Origin: Adineta vaga
Lineage: Eukaryota; Animalia; Rotifera
Reading direction: 5' to 3'
Length of the DNA stretch: 64,000 nucleotides
Assembly (NCBI GenBank): GCA_021613535.1
Contig: CP075494.1
Location: 5,022,001 to 5,086,000, forward strand
Of the stretch, positions 49,220-60,867 are shown piece after piece (within the stretch, counting starts at the first letter, position 1; the number at the start of each line of letters is the position of its first letter). Position numbers and translations under genes: made by a program. A model generated the notes under the pieces. It was not told the origin of the DNA and did no database searches. It worked only from the letters and a program-made list of their open reading frames with translations.

Positions 49220-50917
49220 TTAAATAAGATCAGGATCATTATGAAAATCATAGAGTTGATCTCTGTTCAATAATGGAATATGTGTTTGTCGTCCATTTGG
49301 ATAAAGCCATTTTTCTAGATCATTCAATCTTCCCATGTATTCAAGAGCATAAGCAGCTGATTTTACAACTTTTTCATAAGCAAATGGATTAATATTTGTA
49401 ATTCGATCACATTGTTGATGATAACATGGATCATAAGCAGCATTTGCTATTCCACCATTACCTGTACCTAATACTGCTGTATATTGATCTCGTTCACTAG
49501 CTGGTTTTATTCCTCCTGCACCTGTATTCACTCCACCGACCGCTAAACCAGAAGCTAAAAATGGTACATAATCACTTCCACCACCTAATGATGAATTACT
49601 CCAAGGAAGTTTTTGTTCATTATACCATTGTCGAAAAAGATTTGTAATTTTTTCTGTACCATTTAATGCTTGTGTAGGTGTTGTAGATGGAACTGTCGCA
49701 CGATCATGAATACCGAAACGATAGTTTGGACCTGCTAACATATCATAATTTAAATTTAATAGATAATCTTGAAAACGTTCGCCAACTATTGTAGCGTTTG
49801 ATAACAAAGCTTGATCAACATGATGTCGAGCACCAAGAAGACCAAGTTCTTCTGCACCCCACCAACAAAATCGTACACGATATGGATATGTTGGATAAGT
49901 AGATGATGATGTTTGAAATAAACGAGCTAGATTAAGAGCTAATATCAAATTACCAATTGTTCCACTACCTATAAGCAAAACTCAATAAAAAAACAAATCA
50001 CAATTCTTTTCTTTATTCTTACCGTTATCATTAATTCCACTACCAGCTGGTACACCATCACTATGTGATCCAACGACAATAGTCTTCGTTTTCTCTCCTG
50101 TTGGTGTGTCAGCACAAATATTTCCAATACCATCTGCGTTACTAACATCGATATTCATCTTTACATTAGAATTCGGTGCTCCATTCAATAATTGTATTCC
50201 CAAAGCATACGAAATAAAAAATGCGGGAATTGTTGTATTCAAATTATTTCTGACATTTTGTAATGGTTGTAGACGATCCGATGCTGTTCCATCATTGTAA
50301 ATAAGTAATCCTTTGACATGATATTTTTCTGCTAATGCTGATTTTGCTGGATAAGTACAATCGCCTCGTTTAACTAGAGCAACGGCATTTTCAGCTGAGA
50401 CACTTGTCCAATCCGTATCTAGACAACCATCATTAGGAATAGGTACAATTCGAACAAATGAATTAAAATCAGCTCGAGATGAAAATAAGATATGAGTAAA
50501 ATTTGTGCCATACGTATAATCAACAATATTTCCGTTGATTTGTGATTGTAATTGTGGATTTCCTCGAACAATATAATTTCGTACAGTGAAATATTTACGT
50601 TGTATAATTAAATTTGTATTCTGTTCAAGTTGACTCGTAATATAATCAAGGGTACCATTGAATCCAGCTGTAGCTATAGCCCGTGTACCATTACTTTTAT
50701 CAGCTATATATTGTAATTCTTGTAAATGTTTCAATAGATCATCGATTTTTACTTGATCTACTAATGATATGGAAGAATTCTTCTCAACTGATGAAGTTGT
50801 ATCCTTTGAGTCCAAACGATTAACAACAATACCTAAGATAACAGCAGTGAGAATAATTGTTGTTAATGCAAATAGAACGAGTACTCCAGATAAAATATAA
50901 CTCCACCTATCAGCCAT
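49220..50917 (-). CDS. M28 aminopeptidase with PA domain and N-terminal membrane anchor (aminopeptidase Y / SGAP-like)
   Basis: ATG 50917; ALVKRGDC (PA domain); GSHSDGV, GINDNG-SG across intron 50022..49969, WWGAEELGLLG, LNYDML, SDYVPF, YDPCYH. Confidence 0.92.
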
Positions 50918-51636
50918 GGCACAGTGTGATCTCTCTGTATAGAAAATACGATTAATCTCACACATATATAAGATAGAGACATTCTTGCAATGTAATAAAT
51001 CAATAAACGAACACAATATAATTATAATCTTAAAACAGAAAATAATAAAATTCTATTTTATGATTTCACTTTGATTGAATACCGATGGATATTTGACGTG
51101 CCACAAATGGATTATAAAATGATAGATGATTTTATATAATGCTAAGTAATTCTGACAACATAATTTTAGTGTTTTATGAGTGAATACATTTCAGATTTCT
51201 CTCAAAATTGGATGTCACCTATTCGCCTATGTTATTTATTCATACAGGTTATATGATGCGTAAGATGAAGATATTTATAGCAAAGAAAAATAAGATTCTT
51301 GTCCTTGTGAGATACATATCTCAACAATAAATAAAATCCATAAAGAGTATTGTAAAGACTTGCGTTTCCATATATCTATTTTTATTGTGTGTCGAATTTT
51401 GATTAAAATTTCAAAAACACAGCAATAGCAATATTTCTCACTAGTCCTAAGAAAGAACTTCAAAATTTTATGCAAATAATTCTTTGTAAGACTAATTACA
51501 TGCAAAAAATGATTCTTTTTTGATTAAAAAGAAAAATAATCTAGCAAGAAAAGAAATTTTAGACATATATAAAGAATGTACATATAGATTTTTTTATATT
51601 CTTCATTTGAAGTCAAAATAACTTCGCCAAACTTTC

Positions 51637-53014
51637 ATGTTTACATCAAATTCTACACCGACACATCAGCATAGTGACTGGACTAATGAACAAGATAATA
51701 CTTCGAAAAAAAAGTAGTATTAGTACGAGTTCGAGTAATAATCAATGGTTTCATAATACGGATAATGATGATGATGATGATGATGATGATACGGCAAACG
51801 ATGGAAAACGAAAGTATGTAGTAGAGTTATCGATTTCAAACTGAAATATAATTTTTCTCTATGGTTTGACGTGACCTGGGAATGAAGCTCATCCAATGTT
51901 GCTCATCGATACCAGTCTTTGTTCGAGGACTATTGATAGGTTCTCTCGTCGGTGGTTTAATGCTGATTATGATTACTCCATTTTGGATAACATCAGCAAA
52001 GAAATCTGCAGACACCTTGGAAATGTTAGATGGTAAATATTTTATCCGAGAAAATGAACTGACAGGACTATTCTTGATTGATTATTTTATTGTATTTTAT
52101 TTTATATTTTAATAAAATAAAAACATTTCGTCTGGTTTGTTTTTTCCTAGTCACATCGACAACAATAATTGTACCATCGACTACATGTAAGTTTTCTTTT
52201 CAATTTCGATATATGTAAATCATAAACTTGATTCTATTCAATATCTTTATCTAGCAACATTATCAACAAGTAACAGTCTAGTTACAACACCAGCAGCAAC
52301 TGCAGGTAAATAGACACGATTTGGAAAGGTTTTGTTTATCTGATATATACATATATATATAGGAGCAAGTTCAGCATCTTCCTCAAATAGTCCATCAAGT
52401 ACGTCATCGGCTAACGTAATAAGTACTACACTGACTACAACATCAATAACAACCACAGTCACTACAACCAGTACATCAACAAAGTTGGCAACAAGTGCGT
52501 ATTTATTCGAATAATTTTTTTTTTATAGTAAGTGTTTCTTTTGACAGCACCTTCATGCGGCACACCGAGTAGTCCTGTTCTTACATTCAATGTGCAACCA
52601 TCGACCTATAAATTAAACACATACGATTACGTCGCTACTTATGATGGTGTTGGAATTCTTGAATTTGGTTTTACTGCTGATAGTTACAAGGACTACTGGT
52701 ATATAGATGATATTAGTTTACAAGACTTGAATGAATCAAATTCTGAAATGCTTACCAATGGTGATTTTGAAAATGGTGATTTATCAGGATGGGAATCATC
52801 ATGTACTGATAAATGTCGTCGTGGACCATCAATTGGTAGTATCACAACCACATCATGCTACAAAGGTACTTACTGTTATCGGGATTCGTGTGGAAAAGGT
52901 TATAACTTTTTACGACAAAGTTTTCAAACAAAAACAAATCATGTTTATACATTAAGTTTTTGGATTTTATGTGTGAATCAAAATATGTAAACAGCAACCG
53001 TGTCATTCTATTAA
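51637..53014 (+). pseudogene. Type II membrane protein: TM + Ser/Thr-rich stalk micro-exons + C-terminal galactose-binding/CBM-like domain; probably disrupted
   Basis: TM GLLIGSLVGGLMLIMI; several short S/T exons; WYIDDISL...EMLTNGDFENGDLSGW. Apparent frameshift in the A-run near 51710 and early TAA at 52990. Confidence 0.6.
51765..51790. repeat. (GAT)n microsatellite encoding poly-Asp
   Basis: About eight GAT units read directly. Confidence 0.9.
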
Positions 53015-53475
53015 CACAATAAAGTCACTAGATGAACTGATATTTTGAGTGATATTTTTAAAACTTTAATACACTATTCTATTTAATCGAAAGATCAAAT
53101 ATTCATGAATAAAATATGACTGATCATTCTTTTGTATCTATGTATTAGAATCGCAACGAAGAAAAAAAAGTCGATTACGAAGATCAATATGACGTCAGAG
53201 AACATGAATCAGTTTCTTAAAATATCATTTCTACGTACATAAAGTTTAACATCATAATAAATTTGTATTGTGTTCAAGTCGTATATTTATTTATTTATTT
53301 ATTACAGAATAGATAATACGTCACTATCTACGTAAGTCATTGCTAAATAAAGAATATGAGTCATGCATCAATAAATATATTTTACGTAGTTATTAGGACA
53401 AAAAATTAGTATATAAGAATCGATCGAAATTTATTTTCTATATTCATTACAATAAACACATTATTCGATTAAAAT

Positions 53476-53758
53476 ATGTTCGGTTATAACGCTTATCGAA
53501 ATCCAGCTGTAATCAATGAATTAGTTTCAGATTTATGGATTGAACAAAATGTTCCCGGTGGATTGAGCAGTAAGTGAATAAATGTAACTGATTATATTTA
53601 TATATCAATTTGATCTTCTAGGTCCTCTTGGTCAAGCTTTGGATAATATGATGGGTGGAAATCCTAATCCAACATATGGTCAAATGTATGGCAATATGGG
53701 TGGTTATAGATACAGAGGCCAGTATCGTCCTACATATGGTTATCAATATTTGATGTAA
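53476..53758 (+). CDS. Two-exon Gly/Tyr/Asn/Met-rich small protein (76 aa); absent from the ORF track
   Basis: Exon 53476-53569, intron 53570-53621 (GTAAGT...CTAG), exon 53622-53758: MFGYNAYRNPAVINELVSDLWIEQNVPGGLSSPLGQALDNMMGGNPNPTYGQMYGNMGGYRYRGQYRPTYGYQYLM; AATAAA at ~53804. Confidence 0.72.
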
Positions 53759-54705
53759 TCTTGTATGATAAATCTAACGAAAGATTTTTTTGTGAATAAT
53801 AATAATAAAATGATATGATATTTTAATCATGAGTATATATTTATTGTTTTTGATATGTTACATATTCTTAATATCTCAAATTAAGGATATATTGACTGAT
53901 TTGAATTGAATATCAATGGTTCTATTTCTCCCGTATTCAGTGGCACGAAATAGGCATGTATTCTTTGTTTGATTATTTGTCAATCATAAAAATAGCAAGA
54001 ATAAATCATTTTTCGAAAACAGATGGTGAGATAAGAGTAGAAGAGATATTTAATCCTAACCCTGATCGATGCGAGAGACCAATGTATTTGATGGCGTTTC
54101 ATGATAAATAATCATGGCAAAAACCAACAAAGTGGGAAGTACTTTTTCTTCATTATTCTGATTATTCTATATTCTACGAACAAATTTTACTACAAAAATA
54201 GTATTTGTTTTATTTCTGTAAGTTTACAAGTGTCACCTAGTAAAGTAAAGAAACCATTCTTTCATACATATATATATATACTACGTCACATACGGCTTCT
54301 TCTTCATGGACGAGGAACAATTCAACAGGTTTTTTTCAAATTAGAGAAACGTATCGTCTGAACTCTCTGTTCTGATTGAAGAAATCGTTACCATTGTTAA
54401 CAGTTTGTTATTTGGTATGAAATTTAGTGATTTATACACATTTTTATCTATAAACATGTCGAAAGACGTGTAATTGTGGCGTCATTCTTGCATTTTTTTC
54501 TAAAAGAAACCAAAAGAAAATCAATTTATTTGACTGCATCGATATACCTTTTTGTCTGATGTTCATTATTAGTTATTGTCACTTGAAAGATTTCTATCGG
54601 ATGATTTCAATATGGAAATAAACGTAGAGATGAAAAAAAATAAATCATGACTGTCTCGAAGTAAATAAGTAAATTGAATTTTCATTCGAGTGAATTATTG
54701 ATAGA

Positions 54706-56082
54706 ATGCAGGTTAATATCTCATCGACGCTATATCGGCCTCAAGTTCGTTGCGTTAGTCGGTTTGAGTTGCAACAAATTTTTCCAAACAGTTTTAAATC
54801 CAATCGTCACAGATTCGTCAAAGTTTTGAGAATAAACAAAATAAAGATGATGTGGAGAGATTGAAACTTGAAAGGTATAGTTTATCTCATCATTTGGGAT
54901 ACATTTGTATACGTTGAATAATTATAAAATGAATTTTTCGTTTTCTTTAATATAGGAAACGAAAGTTTCGATGATGGTGTACTACTATATCTATTGCAAG
55001 TGGATTAATTATATTGGGTACTATTATTGCAACTATTGTATTGTTACTTACACAACGTAAGTAATCGTCGATTTCTAACATTCTCGTCATAGTTTGTATT
55101 GAAAATTTTCTTGCAAAAACTACAACAACAACTGTAACCAGTATTCTTTCTATATGTTTGTCTTTCAAATAAATTAAATATCAAAATAATTTATTTCAGC
55201 GACAACATCGACTTCGTCCACTAGCAGTACGAGTAGCACAAGCTCAATATCATCAACATCGTCATCTTCATCAACAAGCAGTACAAGTTCAACATCATCG
55301 ACCTCTTCATCTTCTTCGACTACATCAAGTATAACTTTAAAGAATGTGGATGTGTGTGAGACTATGAATACCGTTTTATCCCCTCGTTCACATACGCACC
55401 TTTGCATCTTTGTTATATTAAGTCATTGTACATTGGAAACATACGAATTTCCTAAGATTAAACTAGAATCTCAAAAATTTCTGACGAAAAAGTTAAGTGA
55501 ATATCATATATATCTATTTGTTTTAGCTACTTCGACAACATCAGTTACAACAACAAGTAAGTATTCACTGTGCGCTAAATTGTTCGTCTTGGAATGTGAT
55601 CAAATTCTTTCATTAAAGCCAGTACAACTACAACGACACAAGGTCCAACACTTGCAAGTTTAAGTCGTAGCGATATATCAGTTGATACCTGGACACTGTG
55701 TACGTATACCTACACGGCAACCGTGTCTGGAAGCGTTACGCTTACGTTTACCCTTAATATCGGTAACAAACATGATTGGTATTTAGACGATGTGTCTGTG
55801 AAAGATTCAACATTAGTAGAAATGCTTATAAATTGTGATTTCGAAAGTAATCCACTGCTTACTGGATGAAGTACAGGTTCATATGGGTCATCTTCTGGTA
55901 TATCTGCTGCTTTCGTTCATTCAGAAAGTCGAGCTTACTTTGACAAGTGTAATAGTCAAACATCGATCTCACAATCATTTTCTGTCACTGGTGGTCACGT
56001 TTACAGTGTGACTTTCTGGATCTATCTTGATCAAACCGGTCCTGGTCACAGTACTCCATCTCTTATTGTAACAATAAATTGA
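54706..56082 (+). pseudogene. Second TM + Ser/Thr stalk + CBM-like gene (paralogue of 51637..53014) with nonsense codons
   Basis: TM IASGLIILGTIIATIVLL; S/T exons; WYLDDVSVKDSTLVEMLINCDFE; TGA at ~54972 and 55867 at positions where Trp would fit. Confidence 0.65.
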
Positions 56083-56356
56083 TTACTTTCATTTTGAGAA
56101 CATATGGTACAATCACCTACCATGCTTTAATGTATCCTATGTCTAAGGATTTAACATTATTATTCTCTTCAATTAGTATTGGGCAGTTTTTTGATTGAAA
56201 AACTCTTCGTTAATCACCTACTTATACACTTTTATTCTGTGAAATATTTGAAAAATGTCGAATAAAGTCTCAAAAATCGATAACTTAATCATTTAAATGA
56301 AAACACATTGCCTACATTCTACTGAAAAGAAAAATACCGTTGTCAATAACAATTAG

Positions 56357-56378
56357 ATATATATATATATATATATAT
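56357..56378. repeat. (AT)n microsatellite
   Basis: Read directly. Confidence 0.9.
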
Positions 56379-56725
56379 TCAACTATAGAAAAAAGTTTTC
56401 TCGTTGTATATGAAGAAAAAAAAAGATTTCTCTTTCAGTCAAACTTTTGATGAAGATTACAAAAGAAAAATAGTAAAACATCTGTCATGTATATTTTCAT
56501 TTATATTACTTGATTAACGTCACAGTCTTACTCTATTTTAATTTATGAAAATTAATGATTAACATTAGTTTTTTTTCTAGAAGAGAAAAAAGTCAATATT
56601 ACTTTATGAACAAAAATTATTATTATTATTATTATTAGTTAAATTCCATCTGTCAAAGTAAAATATTATTGTTGTTGTTGTGTTTTGTTTCATAAGCAGG
56701 CAAAAACTCGTTTTAATTAGCAATA

Positions 56726-57676
56726 ATGGGTTGCAATATTTCAACAGCAACAGCTACTGTTACACCAAGTCATACAATTCAACCACGACAAGTTAATCAA
56801 ACGAATGAAAATCTTTTAGCCAACGATGAACAATCACATTTAATGTATGCACAATTATTCAAAGAATTAACCGGTCAAATCAATGAGAATGATCGTTTAA
56901 GAATCATATCTTATTGTCCTGATCTTTATACTGAAGAAAATCTTGATGATTTAATAGCAAAAAATGCTCAATTGAATAGTTTAACAAATTATATGCGAGA
57001 AAAAATCAAAGATGATGATCCCATGTGTTCTATTGGTCATCTTATGTTAGAAATGGGTTCATATGAACGTGCAGAATACATTTATTTAAAATCTCTTTCA
57101 ACTGAAGACGAAGATTGGATTCGTCAAGCATCATTATTAAATAATTTAGGTAAAATTCATCAAGAACAAGAAAAATATGAAAAAGCACTTGAATATTATA
57201 AAAAAGCTGTGGAACTACAACGTCAACATTTACCTGAAGATCATTCAAGTTTATGCATCGATTACAATAATATTGGTTCTGTTTATCAAAAACAAAATAA
57301 ACTCGATTTAGCATTGGAATATTTTCAACGTGCATTAAATATTGAAATGAATTCGGTGGAAAAAGATGAAGAATTAATTGCTCTATTTACAAATAATATC
57401 GGTTTAGTTTATAATGATCAAAAGAATTTCTCTCAAGGACTTATCTATCATGAGAAATGTTTAGAAATGAATGAAAAACTTCTTCCAACAACACATCCAT
57501 CTTTGGCATTATCACATCATAATTTAGCCATCTCATTATTTTCATTAGGACGATTTAATCAAGCTTTAGAACATGCACAAAAAGCAATTCATATTACTTC
57601 GCAATCATTACCGAATGGTCATCCTCAACGAGATGCTCATCATGAACTTATGAATAATATAAAGAAGAAATTGTAA
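56726..57676 (+). CDS. TPR-repeat protein with an MGC N-terminus (candidate myristoylation/palmitoylation)
   Basis: About five TPRs (LNNLGKIHQEQEKYEKALEYYKKA, YNNIGSVYQKQNKLDLALEYFQRA and others). Confidence 0.9.
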   Translation: MGCNISTATATVTPSHTIQPRQVNQTNENLLANDEQSHLMYAQLFKELTGQINENDRLRIISYCPDLYTEENLDDLIAKNAQLNSLTNYMREKIKDDDPMCSIGHLMLEMGSYERAEYIYLKSLSTEDEDWIRQASLLNNLGKIHQEQEKYEKALEYYKKAVELQRQHLPEDHSSLCIDYNNIGSVYQKQNKLDLALEYFQRALNIEMNSVEKDEELIALFTNNIGLVYNDQKNFSQGLIYHEKCLEMNEKLLPTTHPSLALSHHNLAISLFSLGRFNQALEHAQKAIHITSQSLPNGHPQRDAHHELMNNIKKKL

Positions 57677-57701
57677 TTGAAAACGAAAATGTTTTTTTTT
57701 A

Positions 57702-59465
57702 TTAATTATCATATATTGAACCTCGAAATTTAATATTATATTTGTCTCTAAGTTCATGTAATAATAATCGATTAAAATAACAACTAACATTGTTATTCTG
57801 ACGCATATAACCTCCTACTCTCCATTGTTTATTTTCGTGTATGAAATCTTCAGTCCAAAAATCTAAACATGCATATTGTTTATTGATTGTTCGAATGGTT
57901 ACCGAAGAACAGAATTTGGGATCTTTTTCACACATTTCAACAAATAATTGACCATCGGGTGCTAAATTTTCTCGAGGATTCACCGGTAAAGAAAATCCAT
58001 CGAGAATCATTTGACCTGCTTGTCGAATTAATTTCATCACTTCCTCTTTTTTTATTCCTTGTGGTCGTTTATTAATTGGATAATATAGACCTTTGATATA
58101 CGGTGTACCGCTTGTCATATGTTGTTCAAGATATGATGTATAAGCTTTATCGGATCGTTCATATCCTTTAGGTTTCAAACCTCCAAGATTAATTGTTACA
58201 GATCCATCAGCGAGAAATGTTTGATACATTTGACCTGTTCCAGGACCCGTTATATGAATATCCATTTGACGAACTAGACGTAATTGAGAGATAAAACTAT
58301 TATCAACTAGCTCATAAATAGGTGATCGAGAATCAATACGTGTTTGTTTAATAAATGTTAAATCCAATGCTTGTTCTCGAGTTTGATTATAAAAAAGATA
58401 AGTTACATTAATTAATGGCCATTCTGATTCAGTTGTTGTGTCATCATAAGGTATACTCAGATAATTATAGGTATATGTATTGATTTCATCGATTGCAGCA
58501 TGAATTTCTCTTCGATCAATTCTATCAAAACGTTTATTATGAATAAGATATGCTTGAAGAATATCATGAGATCTTCGACGTTCCATAGAAGATTTTCGTC
58601 GAGGAAGTGGAGGAATTAAACCATGTTGTCGATACATTCGATCACGAAAAAGTCGCGAAGCATCTAATTCAACTCCACCAGCTAATTGTAAATGTGGTTG
58701 AACACAACGTTGACAAAATTTCCCACTTCCCATCACGATTTCATCGAACACAAACCATTTAGTTCGTGATAATCGTTCTAAAACATGTTGTTTAAGAAGT
58801 CCAAGACCAGCAAAACGACTATAAACATCTTCACTCCAACAATTTGGACAAGGTTGTATAGAAGCAAGAATTCGAAATGGTTGAAGATGTCGAGGAGGAA
58901 ATCGCATTAATGCAACATAGGCAGGATATAAACCATCGAATAATGCATGACCAATATTATGATGCCAAAGTTGTCCAAAATAAACAGTAACAGATGGAAT
59001 AATTTTCAAATTTAAAAGATTTATAACGAATCTTTCAAGATGTCCATAGGTTTTGAAGACACGTTTTCTTGGTGTGAAAGCGTACAAGTTAAAAGCACAT
59101 GTATGCACTGTGTAAAGTGGTAATTGTCTTCCTTTTACAGTAAGAATGACAAATGTACCATGGAAAAAATATAAATTTTCGAATAAACACGATTGATTAT
59201 ATAATGGACCTACACATCGAACGGTTGTTTCGAATGTTTGATTATGATTACGAAAAACTTCGTTTTTCATGGAAAAAATATTTTGACCAATATTAGCTGA
59301 TAATGAATTTCCTATATATCTGCGAGAAGATATTTGAATATCATTTGCTTTGATGGTACTATAAATATTTTGCAAGAGACCAATGACAACAATTGTTAGA
59401 AAAACGATTAATATAGTTTGAAATGGGACATTTAGACATTGTTTCATTCGATTCTTACTTAGCAT
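57702..59465 (-). CDS. Type II membrane glycosyltransferase, GT61-like
   Basis: N-terminal TM; SCLFENLY, HHNIGHALFDGLYP, QLRLVRQMDIHITGPGTG; intronless 587 aa. Confidence 0.7.
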   Translation of the reverse strand: MLSKNRMKQCLNVPFQTILIVFLTIVVIGLLQNIYSTIKANDIQISSRRYIGNSLSANIGQNIFSMKNEVFRNHNQTFETTVRCVGPLYNQSCLFENLYFFHGTFVILTVKGRQLPLYTVHTCAFNLYAFTPRKRVFKTYGHLERFVINLLNLKIIPSVTVYFGQLWHHNIGHALFDGLYPAYVALMRFPPRHLQPFRILASIQPCPNCWSEDVYSRFAGLGLLKQHVLERLSRTKWFVFDEIVMGSGKFCQRCVQPHLQLAGGVELDASRLFRDRMYRQHGLIPPLPRRKSSMERRRSHDILQAYLIHNKRFDRIDRREIHAAIDEINTYTYNYLSIPYDDTTTESEWPLINVTYLFYNQTREQALDLTFIKQTRIDSRSPIYELVDNSFISQLRLVRQMDIHITGPGTGQMYQTFLADGSVTINLGGLKPKGYERSDKAYTSYLEQHMTSGTPYIKGLYYPINKRPQGIKKEEVMKLIRQAGQMILDGFSLPVNPRENLAPDGQLFVEMCEKDPKFCSSVTIRTINKQYACLDFWTEDFIHENKQWRVGGYMRQNNNVSCYFNRLLLHELRDKYNIKFRGSIYDN

Positions 59466-59886
59466 AATGAAGACTGTATGAAAAAAAGAAACTTAAATGC
59501 ACGTTTTCTTTTTCTTTTTGAAAGTTAAATAATGTTTTTATTTTTCATCTCTTTGAATACATACAATTCTTTCAGAACAACATACTTTGTTCGCACATGG
59601 TTTGCAAGTGTGTGCGTGTGTATGTTGAGTAATCGATTAAAATAGTCTTCAAGGTTAACTATTGTCAATATTACCTTGAATTTTATGGAATTAGTGAAGA
59701 AGAATTTCTTCTCATATTATACCGTTGATGATGATTATTTGATAAATAATACCAGGCGTGAGAATAAACCTTCTGGAGATGGATAATGGCAAATATATGA
59801 CAAATACTTTTTTTTGTTAACTCATCATTTCATGACGGTTTATTTTCAGTCGATATAAACGCAATGTTTTTTACTTATTTTTAATC

Positions 59887-60867
59887 ATGAAAATGTATTT
59901 GAGTCTTATATTACTTATCTTATATTCTTATTATCCAATAAGATGTGCACAACCCTATTTTCCTCCTCAAATTGTTTTTTCTGTTAACAATTCAACAATC
60001 TATGGAATTGATGAAATCAATCAACAAGCTTTCGTTACATATAGATATGGTGCTTCTGGACAAGAGAGTGGTTTTGTAATGAAAAAATTTCCCTATGCAA
60101 TTCCTGATTCTCCACAATCGAAATATTATGTTCAATTAATTGTCGATTCAACTCCATTGGGATGTTTGTACGGAACATATTGGAAATATGGTGGAAATGG
60201 ATATAATCTATTTCCATCAAATTGGGTCAATGGAACATCATTTTATGTTGGAAATTATATTTCATTTAAATATCAAATGATACATTCGACAAATTCGTCT
60301 TCTTCTGATGAAGATTATTGGTATGCAGATCAATCATGTGAAGTTGATGGTGGAGAAACATATCCATGTCAAGAAATTTATTTTAAAAAAAATACTGAAA
60401 TTCCTCTTCGATTTACTCAAGTTATTCGTCGTGGTTGGACTGTTATTCAACAAACAATCAATTATCAAGTGATATCAATGGGAAAACCAGATGAGAAATA
60501 TTATGATTCCATTCCAAAAGATTGGTCACTTATATGCCGTGATGTTAATCTCGGTTTATTTTATTATCCACAAACAGCGAAATTAAATGTACAACAAAGT
60601 TCACAAGTTCAAATTTGGCTTATAACTCCGCCACATCGTATTGATGGAGATGATACTGTTACAATTCATTGGCAATCAATGGATTGTCAAGATTGTTTCA
60701 CATGGACACCAAAGGAACTTTCATTTAATAGTAGAAACTTTAACGAAAAACAAAGCTTAACAATAACTCGAGTTAAAAATTGTTCGAAAACAACACTTCA
60801 ACCAATTTTTAATGGTGGTGGTTTTGATCTTGTTTTACCTCAACTTTATCCGATTTATATTGAATAA
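59887..60867 (+). CDS. Secreted protein of unknown function with a C-terminal Calx-beta/Ig-like segment
   Basis: Signal peptide; 326-aa aromatic-rich ORF; TPKELSFNSRNFNEKQSLTITR; AATAAA overlapping the stop. Confidence 0.75.
   Translation: MKMYLSLILLILYSYYPIRCAQPYFPPQIVFSVNNSTIYGIDEINQQAFVTYRYGASGQESGFVMKKFPYAIPDSPQSKYYVQLIVDSTPLGCLYGTYWKYGGNGYNLFPSNWVNGTSFYVGNYISFKYQMIHSTNSSSSDEDYWYADQSCEVDGGETYPCQEIYFKKNTEIPLRFTQVIRRGWTVIQQTINYQVISMGKPDEKYYDSIPKDWSLICRDVNLGLFYYPQTAKLNVQQSSQVQIWLITPPHRIDGDDTVTIHWQSMDCQDCFTWTPKELSFNSRNFNEKQSLTITRVKNCSKTTLQPIFNGGGFDLVLPQLYPIYIE

Noticed and set aside
25793-55869. TGA reassignment or selenocysteine, suggested by in-frame TGAs at 25793, 31015, 39674, ~54972 and 55867
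   Set aside because: The residues expected at these sites differ (Cys, Arg, Trp), TGA is the normal stop of intact genes here (8553, 30600, 41592), and some of the same loci also have frameshifts.
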